Positions 13,845-40,000 of a DNA stretch of 64,000 nt are shown here, piece by piece. The notes beneath the pieces were generated by a model. It saw only the letters and a list, made by a program, of their open reading frames with translations, was not told the origin of the DNA and ran no database searches. Positions within the stretch are counted from its first letter, which is position 1. Each line of letters begins with the position of its first letter. Position numbers and translations under genes: made by a program. Origin of the DNA: Laetmonice hystrix (taxonomy: Eukaryota); contig OZ249440.1 of assembly GCA_965235115.1 (NCBI GenBank), positions 34,102,001 to 34,166,000 of the forward strand. The letters run 5' to 3'.

Positions 13845-14113
13845 AGGCCCGGCCACACAGCCCTTAGACCCGATCATCGGGCATAAACCAGCGGAGTCCC
13901 TGACGGGTAAAGACGAGTCAGAGAGACGACGACGCGATCGTCGGAACGCCAGTGGTGTCCCGTACAGAATAGTTTATAAACGACGCGTGCCGCCTCTGCA
14001 GTTTGACGCCCGCTGTACACTGAATCCGTCGGCTGATTTTGTCCAATGTGCGTCGGCTGTCCCGGCCACACAGACCGATGCAGACAATCGGATCGGTCTG
14101 TGTGGGTGGGCCT
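13845..14113. mobile_element. Harbinger/Tourist-like MITE
   Basis: AGGCCCGGCCACACAG ... CTGTGTGGGTGGGCCT imperfect TIR with TAA/TTA flanks. Confidence 0.65.
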
Positions 14114-14660
14114 TTAGGTGCAAAATAATGAAAACGGGGTGGTTAAGAAACCACAGAAATGGCAAGTATCAACGTTAGCTCCCATGATTCTCTGTAGCCC
14201 TAATGGACTGCCTTAAAAAGAACTTCACAAAGTTAAGACTTAACAGGGCTAGTCTCCACATGGTTTCAGGCTATGTTGGCTTTAGAAATTTCCCCCCAAG
14301 ACCAAAATATCATTCTAAATGCTTGAAAATTTATAAGAATCAGGCCAAACAAATGGTCCAGTGTTCAGTATAACCTTGGAGGAAACAGGTAATCAGTAAA
14401 TTCAGTTGAAAACGAATTGGCACATGAAGCAGGATTCGAAAGTCTTCTGAAAGAAGTGCCTCTGAGCGAGATCTAAGCCAAGTGCAGAAGATCAAATCCA
14501 CCATTGTTAGGACGATGGTAAATCCCTTTCTCGCTTGTAGTGAAAACCTCACGAATATCTCATCTGGTGAGACAACACAATCTCTGGAGTTTATAGACGC
14601 CAGGAAGAAGTAGTTAGGGAGCATGTGTAATCCCGTGGGCATTTTGTGATGAAAGCGACC

Positions 14661-15560
14661 CCCCTAGATGTCTTCAGGAGGTCCTAAATAATACAAAAAA
14701 ACTTGTTGGCAATCTAGGAATGGCGGCTACTTCCGGTAAAGCGCGAAATCCAAAATGGCTGACAGTCGCCATATTAAAATTGTACGTTTTGATTCCCTTG
14801 TCATAGAAGCATGTACAATAGCACTTTTTCCACTAAATCCCACACTAGGAATCGATTTCTGACATTATTTTTTGTTTTGGAGGCCTCCTTCCGGTTGAAA
14901 TCCAAGATGGCCGCCAGTGACTATGCTAAAAATGTAACTATTGAACTGCTTGGCCTAGAAACATGTATAATAGGACTTTTCCGACCAAATGTGACATGAA
15001 GAAAAAGCTGAAATCCAAGATGGCTGTCAGTGTTGAGCTTGGAAATATCACTTATCAGTACATTTGAAGTCTGCATTAACCGAGAATTGCACTCACTGTA
15101 ACTTAGATTGCACGTTTTGATAGCTAGTCTATCTTCAAGCGGTTAGCAACCCCCTAGATGTCCTTATGGGGTCCCAAATAATGCAAAAATACTTGTTGGC
15201 AATATAGGAATGGCGGCTACTTCCGATAAACTGCGAAATGTAAAATGGCTGCCAGTCGCCATATCAAAATTGTATGTTTCGATTCCCTTGTTATAGAAGC
15301 ATGTATAATGACACTTTTTCCACTAAATCTCACATGAGAGATCGATTCTGGCATTATTATTTGATTTGGAGGCCTCCTTCCGGTTGAAATCCAAGATGGC
15401 CGCCAGTGGCCATGCTGAAAATGTAACTAGTATTGAACTGCTTGGCCCAAAAACATGTATGATAGGACTTTTGGGGCCACATGTGACACAAATAAAGAAC
15501 CTATTCCCGGCATTATTTTTTTCCATTTGGAGGCCTCCCTGATGCTGACATCCAAGATGG
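14661..15560. repeat. ~490-bp tandemly duplicated non-autonomous repeat rich in CAAGATGGC/GCCAT motifs
   Basis: CCCCTAGATGTC...GGAATGGCGGCTACTTCCG...GGAGGCCTCCTTCCGGTTGAAATCCAAGATGGCCGCC starts at both 14661 and 15151. Confidence 0.8.
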
Positions 15561-15725
15561 TTAGTTCGCTAGTGACTGCTGAAAGCTTTCTCTGTTATAG
15601 TTCTGATACGATCTACCCCAAAAATTTGTTTGCACCTTTTCTTCTTTTCCTTTCTTTTTTGTGAAAAAGACCATTTCGTGATCACTTAAGTTGACGTTAC
15701 ATACTCCACTATTACTAATATGTTT
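15561..15725 (-). pseudogene. LINE AP-endonuclease C-terminal fragment
   Basis: SNSGVCNVNLSDHEMVFF...RSYQNYNRESF contains the SDH motif and the following linker. Confidence 0.7.
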
Positions 15726-15799
15726 AAAGGGAGTCGTAAAATTCATTTTTTCGATTTATGGCAGTCTTAGAAACATATGATTCGCATACCTTGGACTCC

Positions 15800-16180
15800 C
15801 AGTAACATCATGCGAGACTGTTATGGCCCAGCGACCAGTATTTAGTAAGGAAAATATGCCAAATCTCTCGCAAATACGTAGCTCAGAATTAGCGAGCGGC
15901 CCACAGGATATTTGAGTTGGCCGCGGTCGGGCGATAATGACGCGTGATCACGTGACTTCCGGGTGTGGAAGGGAATCTCCCTCTAGTCTAGCATTGACCT
16001 AAATACTGCATGTACACCCGGAAGTCACGTGATCACGCGTCATCATCGCCCGACCGCGGCCAACTCAAATATCCTGTGGGCCGCACGCTAATTCTGAGCT
16101 ACGTATTTGCGAGAGATTTGGCATATTTTCCTTACTGAATACTGGTCGCTGGGCCATAACAGTCTCACATGATGTTACTA
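15800..16180. mobile_element. Foldback MITE with ~166-bp inverted arms and a 47-bp spacer
   Basis: 15801-15966 is the reverse complement of 16014-16179 with about 4 mismatches; YAG termini. Confidence 0.85.
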
Positions 16181-17705
16181 AAGCCATGGTGCGCACCACC
16201 TCGTCCGTTCCTGCCACACCCTTTGGTCGAGATATGGGTACCACAACACAACCTAGACACGGCACACTCTGCCTACCTGCCCCTGCCACCACCAAGTTAG
16301 TAGCCAAATCATAGAATGGAGGACCTGAAAATTCCCGATGATTAAAGCTGGCTGCAACCACAGTAACTTGGGAACTACTTTCTAATAAACACCGAGTTTG
16401 TAACCCATTTACCATTATCGGTGACTCACAGCCAGGACCTACCAACAACTCGCTCTCTGACTCAGGTCGCTTTGCACTGCGTGATTCACACCCTACCCTA
16501 GATATGCTAACACATATCTCTGACTCTACTCTGACAGGACCACATTCATTATTTTTTATCACCATCCGTACCTGTGACTCATCATTATTCGTAACCTCAG
16601 TTTTTACAACACTTACACCTTTTGGTAGCATCTCGTCCCTAGGGCTAACTGTCACTTTAGACCTGTCACTTAATTTGTCCTCTGTGCTCCAGTTCCTAAG
16701 AGCTGTGCTCCAGTTCCTAAGAGCTCTGCTGTTACTATTACATACATGTTGCTTCTGAGTTTTACAGTTCTACAGGGAATAGAATCACAGTTTGCTGACC
16801 AGTCACTGTCTCTAGTGGAGTGCCTTACTGGGGTCGCCACTGGTCGCTCCTCCCCAGTCGGCCTTCCCAGTTTAGTGGCTGCTGATGCATTGGCTGTTGT
16901 TGCTGGCACTGTTGTTGTGACTGCTGCTGATAGGTTGCTGCAGCTGGCAGCACTGCAGGGGCTGCTGCTGTGCCGGTCGTCGACGTTGCTGCACCAGCGA
17001 CTGGTTAGGAGGGTTGGGGTGGTTGCGGCCCAAATGGTCGTTATCCTGTCTACATTTGCAACATTTGCCCCTTGAAGCCTTTCGCTGGCGGGAAGGCGAT
17101 CCTGCTGCTTGCCTCAGACTCTCTTGTCACCTTCGCTACGATACGGTTGATCAGCTTGTCTTCTTTGTCCACTGTTAGCGCCTGGGACGTCGCTCTCTGG
17201 GCAGGCTCTGAGTGCTCCTACAGCTGACGAACTAAGCGCAGGAGTTCCTCAAGGTGCGGTCCTGCAGACCCAGGGAATCCGAAGTAGTTCCTGAGCTCCA
17301 GGCTCAGCACCTGATGAGAGTGCTTGATGGCCTTTATGAACACTCTGTGCAGTTTAACACTGCGCTCATGATCACTGTAGAGGGTTATCGTGTTAATGTT
17401 CAGGAGGTCGTTCCACAACCGCAGAAGGAACTGTGACGGCAGTTCTTCCTTTTCAATCCTCTTCTCGCAGAAGTCCAGATACAAGTCATCTGGCGCCTTT
17501 ACATCCCTCAAGTGCTGCAGGCGAGCCATTATCTCCCCCACGGTTCTGCAGTGCTTGACCTGGTTGAGCACCAGGCCCGTCAGCGTGGTCCGCAGGGTCT
17601 GGATGGTGTCTCTGATGTTGGGGTCTGCGACTATCTACTCAGCCTGCACCTCCCAGTCCTGGAACTTCTCCTCGTTGCCCCCCATCGGCGTCACAATTCT
17701 GAGTA
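16181..17705 (-). pseudogene. PNMA-like gag plus protease relic of a second gypsy-type LTR element
   Basis: EEKFQDWEVQ...DDLYLDFCE...EELPSQFLLRL...LEELLRLVRQ is PNMA/Ma-like gag. LVGPGCESPIMVNGLQTRCLLESSSQVTVV is a degenerate LLDSGSQV protease. Contains internal stops. Confidence 0.75.
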
Positions 17706-18783
17706 AATGACGTCCAAAGTTGGGACTGCACCACGCATTAAAAACCACTTGCTGACACACGTGTTCTTCACTGTGATGAAACAACTGCAGTTACTTTGCT
17801 CTGACTCTCATGTGTTTTCTCACATATCCAGTATGGTTTTGACTTTTAGCATGGACAGAACCTTCACATGAGAGTAATACCAAGTCTTTTTGTCTTACTT
17901 TTTAAAGACTAGTTCATGGCTATGTCTATAATGGGGCAAACGTCACAGAGATGTTGAGCTGTACAAACGTCATAGTTTCTATTGTCTATTGTTAGGGATC
18001 TCTGGGTCTTTTCAAAAGTTATTTATATAATCAAAATTTATTAAACTAAATACATCTGAAAGCATTTGTGCAATGTATACCCAAGTTCTGAGACCAGTTA
18101 TTTAAAAAATAGTGCGAAAAAAACGTTTGTTTATCGTGACCGTTACTGTGGTATTGACCTTGTCATGTTTGTTGTCACTACACGAGGACGTAGTCGTAGA
18201 ACCTACAGTTAACCCATCAAGATTATCCTTGACTTTACAGGTTTAAAGGTAAAAAAACCTACGTCTATATAAGTAAATCTATAATAATATGTTTGAAATG
18301 ATATTATATGAAGTAACCCGTTTAAATTTCACATAGATCCAACTGAATTTGAGCAAATTGAAGTTTAGAGCATGTGTACTCTAGTCTAGACGTCAAGCAC
18401 TTGCTGAGTGAGTGTCGAGTGTGCCACACGCTCACTTGGTCACGTTGGTCTTGTAGCCAAGGATTTGGCTTTACTAAATCTTCTATATCTCTGGTTATAT
18501 TCAAAGGATTACAATTTAGTAACCGGTTTTTGAAATTTCTGGTCATGGGCTATCAAGTGAATATAAAATCTCAAAATCGATTTTTTTGACGGGATAGGCT
18601 GGAAATCGCGTGTGCTGTCACATATGCCCCTTTAAGTAAATTACGAGTACAATGATTCAACTACTACTGACATACAGGGATAATAAAGTCTACAGTAATA
18701 AGTGAATATATAGATACGGGGGAGGCCAACTATACTAAAAATCCAGCAGCAGTGAAGCCTGGCCGCAACAATGCGGCCGTTGT

Positions 18784-32778
<13,995 letters not shown>

Positions 32779-33393
32779 ATCACGTCTTCTGTTGTCCTTG
32801 CGTAGTATGTACAATTTTCTTTCAAATATACAGTAAGGCTTTCAATCTAAACATGACACTGTATACGGAAAGTCCCTACCCTTCTAGGCCTATACTTTTA
32901 TTCAATCTCAAACTAATAATAGCAAACTATGTTGGACTGCCGAAAAGTATTATCAATGATGACGAAACGTTTACAATAGGTCAGGCACCAGAGTGTCATA
33001 TATTTTCCAAGTAGACCTTTTTCATGAGAGAGGATGACTTGGCCTATCCAACAGTATTTTGCCCCATTAGGTAGCTTCCTCTATTTCAGACAATCGGTTT
33101 TAACAATGAACCGTCCTTCTTGACGTAAGACTTGAATATGTGCTACCAGTGCCAGTAGAGGGTTGAAACATAAGTCTCTCGCTTAAAATTGTGAAAAAGA
33201 GGAGTAATGGCAATCTGAGGAATGCTGCTTACCTTTATGTCAGCACGATCTCAGGCTGTTTGCTCTCGAATGTAACTAGCAACAATTCAGTTTCTGAGAT
33301 GAACCAACTAACCATGCACGTGTGACCAGATTTACTGGGTCATGTCAACTGGGTTATGCGGTTGGTTTGACACATGCCTACTTGCAACACCAG

Positions 33394-34455
33394 GGGCCGG
33401 TTTTTCAATGACATGGCTGAGTAGCTACTCAGGCTGAGTCGGCCACGCCACATAGCAGGCACGTTCATGGTTCGATTCCCGCTGGTGGTGTGTTGCTTTT
33501 TCTTCTTTGGCTGCCTTTTACTTTTATTGGTACAGTTGACAATGTGCGCACATTTCTACAATCTACTTTTCACATTATTTCCTTTATTATTCCATGTCCA
33601 TGGACAGGGAAATGGCATCTTGGATTTGTTTATCTGTCCGCTGTGCCTCATGCAGAGGTTAGAGGTTGTGATTTAGTATTTTATTTGAGCAAAGTCAAAT
33701 AGATTGAGGCCAAAAGCGTAACATTTATCCCAGAAATACATGTCTTCGAATCAGTATGAGATTATATCAGTGTGAAATATATATGACAAATATATAATAT
33801 GAACAGGATCAGTCTGTCTGTTTAACCATTTTATTGATAGGTAATTTCAATGTTTAATGTGTTATAATTATATTCCAGAAATGTACATTCTAAAGTTGAT
33901 ATTAATAAATTGATACATTCAGAGATAAAGGACAGATGGACACAATGTGCGTATTTATTTGACGGAAAATGTAACGTACATTATCGTTTTTTTTAACGGC
34001 AAAAAATGACATGGTTGATTTAGGTGTGGATGCATGAAAATAAACATGAAATGGTGTTTTGCAAATCTAAATAAGAAAAACAATTTCAATGCATCCATTG
34101 TATCAATAATAATCATTGATGATAATCCAAGACTGGACATGTTAGAAATGTTACCTTTGACATGACCCAAAAAGAGTTACACTTAATTTTTTTGAATGAA
34201 AATATTTAGGAACCTTCCCAAACAACATTTTGTGCCACAGTTTATCTTCCATCAGGCGCTGTCAGTTGACGGGAGTGTATGGCATGCCGCACTTGGCTAC
34301 ATTAGGACGTGGTCAGGTGGCTCAAGTCACCTCCCGAGGTGACTTAAGTTCCAAGGTTTAAGTAGCCTACTCAGCTCTCAAAATGACCATTGAAAAACGC
34401 TCATGGGCCTAAGTCGTCTGGCTAAGCTGGCTCAACTTCATTGAAAAACCGGCCC
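33394..34455. mobile_element. Harbinger-like non-autonomous element, copy 1
   Basis: TIR GGGCCGGTTTTTCAATGA with CAG TSD on both sides; near-identical inverted copy at 50275-51731. Confidence 0.9.
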
Positions 34456-34565
34456 CAGAAGGCTCATTCGAAAATGGGCATCAATAAACAGCGAACTGAA
34501 CGAACTGAGATCGATTTCGCCTGGAAGGCAGGGGATTCCCAATGGGAACTGGCTATTGACACCAA

Positions 34566-34655
34566 CACGGCCTATAAGAAATTTTACTATAGTAATTAAT
34601 ACTATAGTAATTGTACTGCAGTGTTTTCGTCACTTACTATAGTACATAACTAGAA
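34566..34655. mobile_element. Possible EnSpm/CACTA terminus with TACTATAGTA subterminal repeats
   Basis: CACGGCCTATAAGAAA followed by three TACTATAGTA palindromes. TTTCGTCACTTACTATAGTACAT is shared (inverted) with 56330-56352. Confidence 0.4.
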
Positions 34656-37060
34656 GACCAAAAGAAAGAGAACACCCTACTCTACAAAGATCCGTTTGTA
34701 ACTAAATTTCAGTTATTATCAATATAGTGACTATAATCAGAAGAAGTACACAAAATGGCATAAAACCGTTGTTTATTGAACTACCGTTAAGCTACAAACG
34801 GCTCCTGATAGCTGAAGTTATTTCCTATTGGCTGAAATAGGTCTCATGATCCAACTGCGCGGAACATTGAATGAAAAATTGGGTCATAATAAGGCCTTTT
34901 TTCCGACAAGGCCAAAAACGTTCGGACGTTTTCACCGCTGAGAGCACGGCACGATTTTTGGTGAAGTCGGCCACTTCAACCAGCAGTTGCGCCCTTATAA
35001 TAATTTGACCAGAATTAGACCTTATGTTGGGAGGATTTCTACAGCGCAACAGCCCGCGGCGGCTGTGTCACCGATTGTCCCACTGCATTGGAGCGTCACA
35101 TAAACTCTCTACATAAACTATTTGTCTCTACAGTGCAGTTGGATGGACATGCTTCCTTCTGTCATGTGACTGATAGCTTCATAGAAGGTATACAGTAGTA
35201 CAGAGACGGACGCCACTTAGTGCAAGTTCCTGGTGTGTTCGGTCAAATCATCCAACCACCATGAAAACCCCTCCCCTGCCCATATATCTGGACTGAATAT
35301 TGATAAACATGCTTAAAGTAACTTATCTCACTTATTGCCAAGTTTGGAAAGCACGACAAGACATAACTAGAAATTGTTCAGTCCGAACAGGACGTCTCCC
35401 CTTTTTTAAAGTAATGACATCATATAATTTTTGAGAGAGGACTAATTAGTATGAAAGTAGTGTGTTGCAAAAGCAATGATATGGCTATGGCAGATTTTCT
35501 ATGCGAAAGAAAAGATATAATAATAGTAGTAGCGGTATGTATGAAGGAAGGTATGTATGTATGTGGGTAGGGGTGTGGGGGTGTGTATGTTAATGGCGTA
35601 AAGTGTGGACAAGTGTCAGTTTACACACCCTCAAAGCGTGGACCATGGCAAAGCGTGGACGTCCACAGTTTGTTTTCTTTCAAAAACCGACTTGTGAGGA
35701 CTCTGTGTAGCGCCCCCTGTCGTCCCTTTCGTGAACTAGGCCATGTCCACCAATAGCGGCGTTTAGCGGATGTGTGAGTGTGTGGTAGCCGCGCCGAGTG
35801 TATGTGCCCCTTTCCGCAGGTCCTCTCTTTATCGGTAACAGTAAGAATATAGTTTCACTAAAATCCGTTAGGGGGCTGCGCGCTCCCCGCAGCGATGTTT
35901 CACGTTGAGTTTTATATATTTTGATGGTGACTCTGCCTGGAGAGTGTCAGCAGGTCCACGGAACGCGCGGTCAGGGTCAATCAGTCCTCGGAGGGTGCGC
36001 AAGGAGCCAGTACACTCAGGTTAGTCTCTAACTTGGTAAAATAGTATTTTAACCCGTATTAGACCCTACTTGACAATGTTGGAATACAAACAGGACGGTT
36101 GTTAGATCTACTGTCTTATTATTAACATAACAATTGACCCGTGTAGCCAATTAAAACCCTTCTAGACAATCAATGAGTATCAAAATTCGAGAAGGGCCCG
36201 AGAACACGCCCTCCCACTATCCGCCATATTACATTTCATCATCATCAATCTTCCCCCCATCTACATTCAGGAAATGTGGAGAATTCCTAGACTATATCAA
36301 AGCGCCACTTAGACCCATTATAAAGTTACCATTATAATAATTGGGGATGGCGCCTGCATAACTGCGAACAAACTGGGAGCCTGACCCTATTAATGTTAAT
36401 CTTTTTTGGTACCATTCATTGTCCTCACTTTGAAGGCCACATTTTTCGTAAATGTGTCCAGACCTTTTAGCCTGGCTTTCCGTTCAGTGGCGGATCTAGG
36501 GGCAAGGGTGTAGCCTTAGGGGGTTTCCGGGTTGCCTGGAAACCTCCTCCCCTCCCCCAAAAAGATAATTAATAGATAATTAAATAGATATAAATGATTG
36601 ACTAATATTATGGTTGGAACCCCCCCCCCCCCACTTTTAGTTGGAACCCCCCCCCCCCCATCTCGATTCTGCCTACACCCCGGAGGGGGGTGTCTGCGAC
36701 GTCCGAACCCCGCCCCCCCCCCTCAAATTTCCCAAATTTCATTTTTAACCAAAATATAACAATCTCTAGGAGTTGTAGAGGATAATTTCATTTTCCTAAA
36801 ACATGGCCAAAGTTGTCCTGGGTGGCCAAAGTAACCCCAGTTTACTTATTCCATGTTTTAATTGGTTTGTCATTTGTAAAAATTATTTTTTATGCCTGTA
36901 TTAAACTCGGATAACCTTGTGTGTCCTCCCTTTGTATAGGCCTAGGTTTATATTACTTAGTTTGTGTCCTCACTCCTAACTTACTCAAGTGACCCCGTTG
37001 CACTAGGTTGATTATACTTTAAAAATTTGCAGACATTTTCACTTATTTTACATTAGGAAC

Positions 37061-40000
37061 ATGCCACGGCAGAGCAGGAAACCACCGGAAGAAGTGGCAA
37101 AGCAGTATATTCGATCAAACAGTGACCCACCTTGGATATGTGAACAACACATCAGTGATGAAAAAGGTCAGTTCAAGATAAATGTATCTGACAAGCAGGC
37201 AGTTACCATTTCTTAATGAGCCATGATAATGAAACTATAATATTTGTAGGGATGGGAGGTGTATGTTCAAACAAGGGGAGGGTGCCTTCAATTTCAGTAG
37301 TGTTACGTAACATCATTATGGCTATATTCTTAGTGGTAGCCACTGGGGAAAAAACAGCAGTTGGTAAAACTTTGAGTACTGGTCATGGATATCATTTTTA
37401 TGGTTTTAAAATTGAAATGGTTTGCTTTTACAATTCGTTTCTGTTTGGGACTGTTCTAGTTATTTATAAGACTAGACTATCAAGGTTATTACAGTAAAAC
37501 TGTTGGGCTCAAGTTTGTGATCCATGGCTTGCTAATGAATCCCCGAGAGGCAGTAGCCACCTAACTTTGGTTGGACCAAACTCAGATGAGGACAAATTAC
37601 ATTTTTTGCAATTCCTAATGTCAAGCAAACATTCCTTTACTGATATAACAAAGCACACCATTATTTTATTTGTTACCATAATGTAGTCCATATATAGTGG
37701 AATATGTAATGTGCTTTGTATTTTTTTTAAAATTAAAATTGTATAGGGGCACCAGGTACTGCTCTCACTGTCCTTTCATCTGGGCCAATTATTTAGCATT
37801 TTTGGCACCCCCTCTTCCCTTCTTAAAACCTACAGATGGAAATTAGGGGGGTGGGGGGTGGGGCTCGTAAATGCTTATTCTTGTTAGATTTGACCATGTT
37901 ATGTACCCTATATATCTTTCACAAATTTAGACAGTGCCCCAAGGTTTCGTTGCCCCTGGAACAAGTCAAGTTTTGGAATCGCCCCCCCCCCCCTTCCAAA
38001 GCTGCAACACTGAGCACAAGGAACCGATTCTTCTCTTGTCTCCAGCCTTCAGGATCGGGTGCTGCACTACACTAGCAGAGCCAACAAATTTTCATAGGGG
38101 TGGAAATGCTGAGACCAGTAATCCCTTTGGGGTGGCCCGGACATTGGTAGCCCTAAAATGTAAATGTTGTGTGGACCAGTCCGTGGAGTGGCAAGTTAGG
38201 TGGCCAGCAGGCTTGAGTTTAGGGTAGCCACGTAAATTGTTGAACAGCCCCTAAAAGCACATGTACTGTTTCAGGACGAGGGGTTGTGTGTTGCGACGAT
38301 ATCTTGCCAGGGCAGTTTGTGGCAGAATATAAAGGTGAACTAGTAACAGCTGATGAAGCATCTGCACGGGAAGAGGAACAGGACAGCGTGTTCCGTTTTT
38401 TCTTCACGTGGCAGAAGAAGGAACTTTGGTGAGATTCTGCGATGTTATCTTTAGTGAAAGTAGAAGGTAATTTCTGTGTCTTTAAACAAAGGTCATGAAT
38501 GATAAACATGACTACACATAGCACTATATTTGACTTCCCACTGTAATTATATTGCCTGTGGCTATGACCTTGACAAAGACTTGTTTTTTTATGTTTCTAG
38601 TGTTGATGCTTCAGAGGAGCCTGTAGCAGGCCCCAGACTTGGCCGACTTGTCAATCATGGAGAAAAGTCAGAAAGAAACAGTAGAATGAAAGTTGTGGAG
38701 GTGGAATGCATACCAAGGCTTTGCTTGTTTAGTACTTGGTGAGTCCTGTTTGATTTTAGAAGCCACAGATATGAACAACGACTACCATAGAAGTTTTCAG
38801 AAACATGGATACCATGTGACTCCTCATTTCTATTTGACAGCTTTATGAAACATGATTATCTGTGTTTTTGTAAAAAAAAAAAGACAGATTTTGTCTCATG
38901 AAGTGTACTTTCCTGACAGTGACATCGGACCTGGCACAGAAATTATGTATGACTATGGGATCAAAGAAGAAGATATGCCATGGAAGAAGGCAAAGGTTAG
39001 TGCCTTTGTATATTCCAGAGTCTCATAAAAACTTTTCCTTTCAGTTCGCGCTTTATTAGACAGATTTCTAGTAATCTCTTGCCTTGTGAAAACTGTGTTA
39101 TTTAGGGCATATGCGTAGGAATAGGGGTCTACAACCCCTCCCCCCATATCAAAGGTGAGGGGGGAGGGGCTGAAGTGTCGTTCCGCAACACCCTGCTCCT
39201 TAAATCCTCCTTGGTCTCCCAGGAAGGACTAGACCACCGCGGGCCTCTTCATTTCTGTCAGAATTTGATCTCCAGAAGCCGGGAGATCCTGTTTTGGGCC
39301 TTCAAAATTAAAAATTTTCCGGGGAGCCTTCTGGACCCCATGCTGAATTTTTAAGTCTGCACCTTCGGTTCGGTGCTTGCAGGGCACCACATAGCCGACA
39401 CTCTTAGGCCCCCCTAACAAAAGCTTCATATGCGCCTATTGGTTGTGGGTAAAAAAGGAATTGTGTGTGTCCCCCCTTTGTGTCCTCATATTGTTGCAAA
39501 CTTTAATCTGGTCAAGTGGCGGGTGTGTCCACACTTATTTCAGTTCTAGGTTATAATGTCCTCACTTTGGTACATTTTTGGTCTAAGTGTGTCCTCACTT
39601 TGTAGCACTGAATGCTTTTGTTTTTCCTAAGACTTACAAAAAGGCTAAGATTTCATTAATACGTAATGGCTCTACGGCATAGGCCTACGGCGTACGGCAT
39701 ACATTGGAAATGGCCTGATTAAAGTGGGACAGATTCCATATTAGACTGGGATTGTATGGCACGACTAAAGAGTAGTGTAGGAAGGAAAAATATATTGGGA
39801 GGGGGGGGGGGGGAGGGGCCGAAGTGAAGTCACAATGACTTGCGCCTATGCTTTTTCATTGAGCCATGCGGTCATTTTATAAATATTTGGGGGGTTGCAG
39901 CCCCCTCTGCCCCCAGCTTCCTACGCCCCTGCTATATGGCGTATGGAATAGGAGTCGCTCCCTGTAACGATTTTCGCCGTAACCGTATGCTTTCCGTAAG

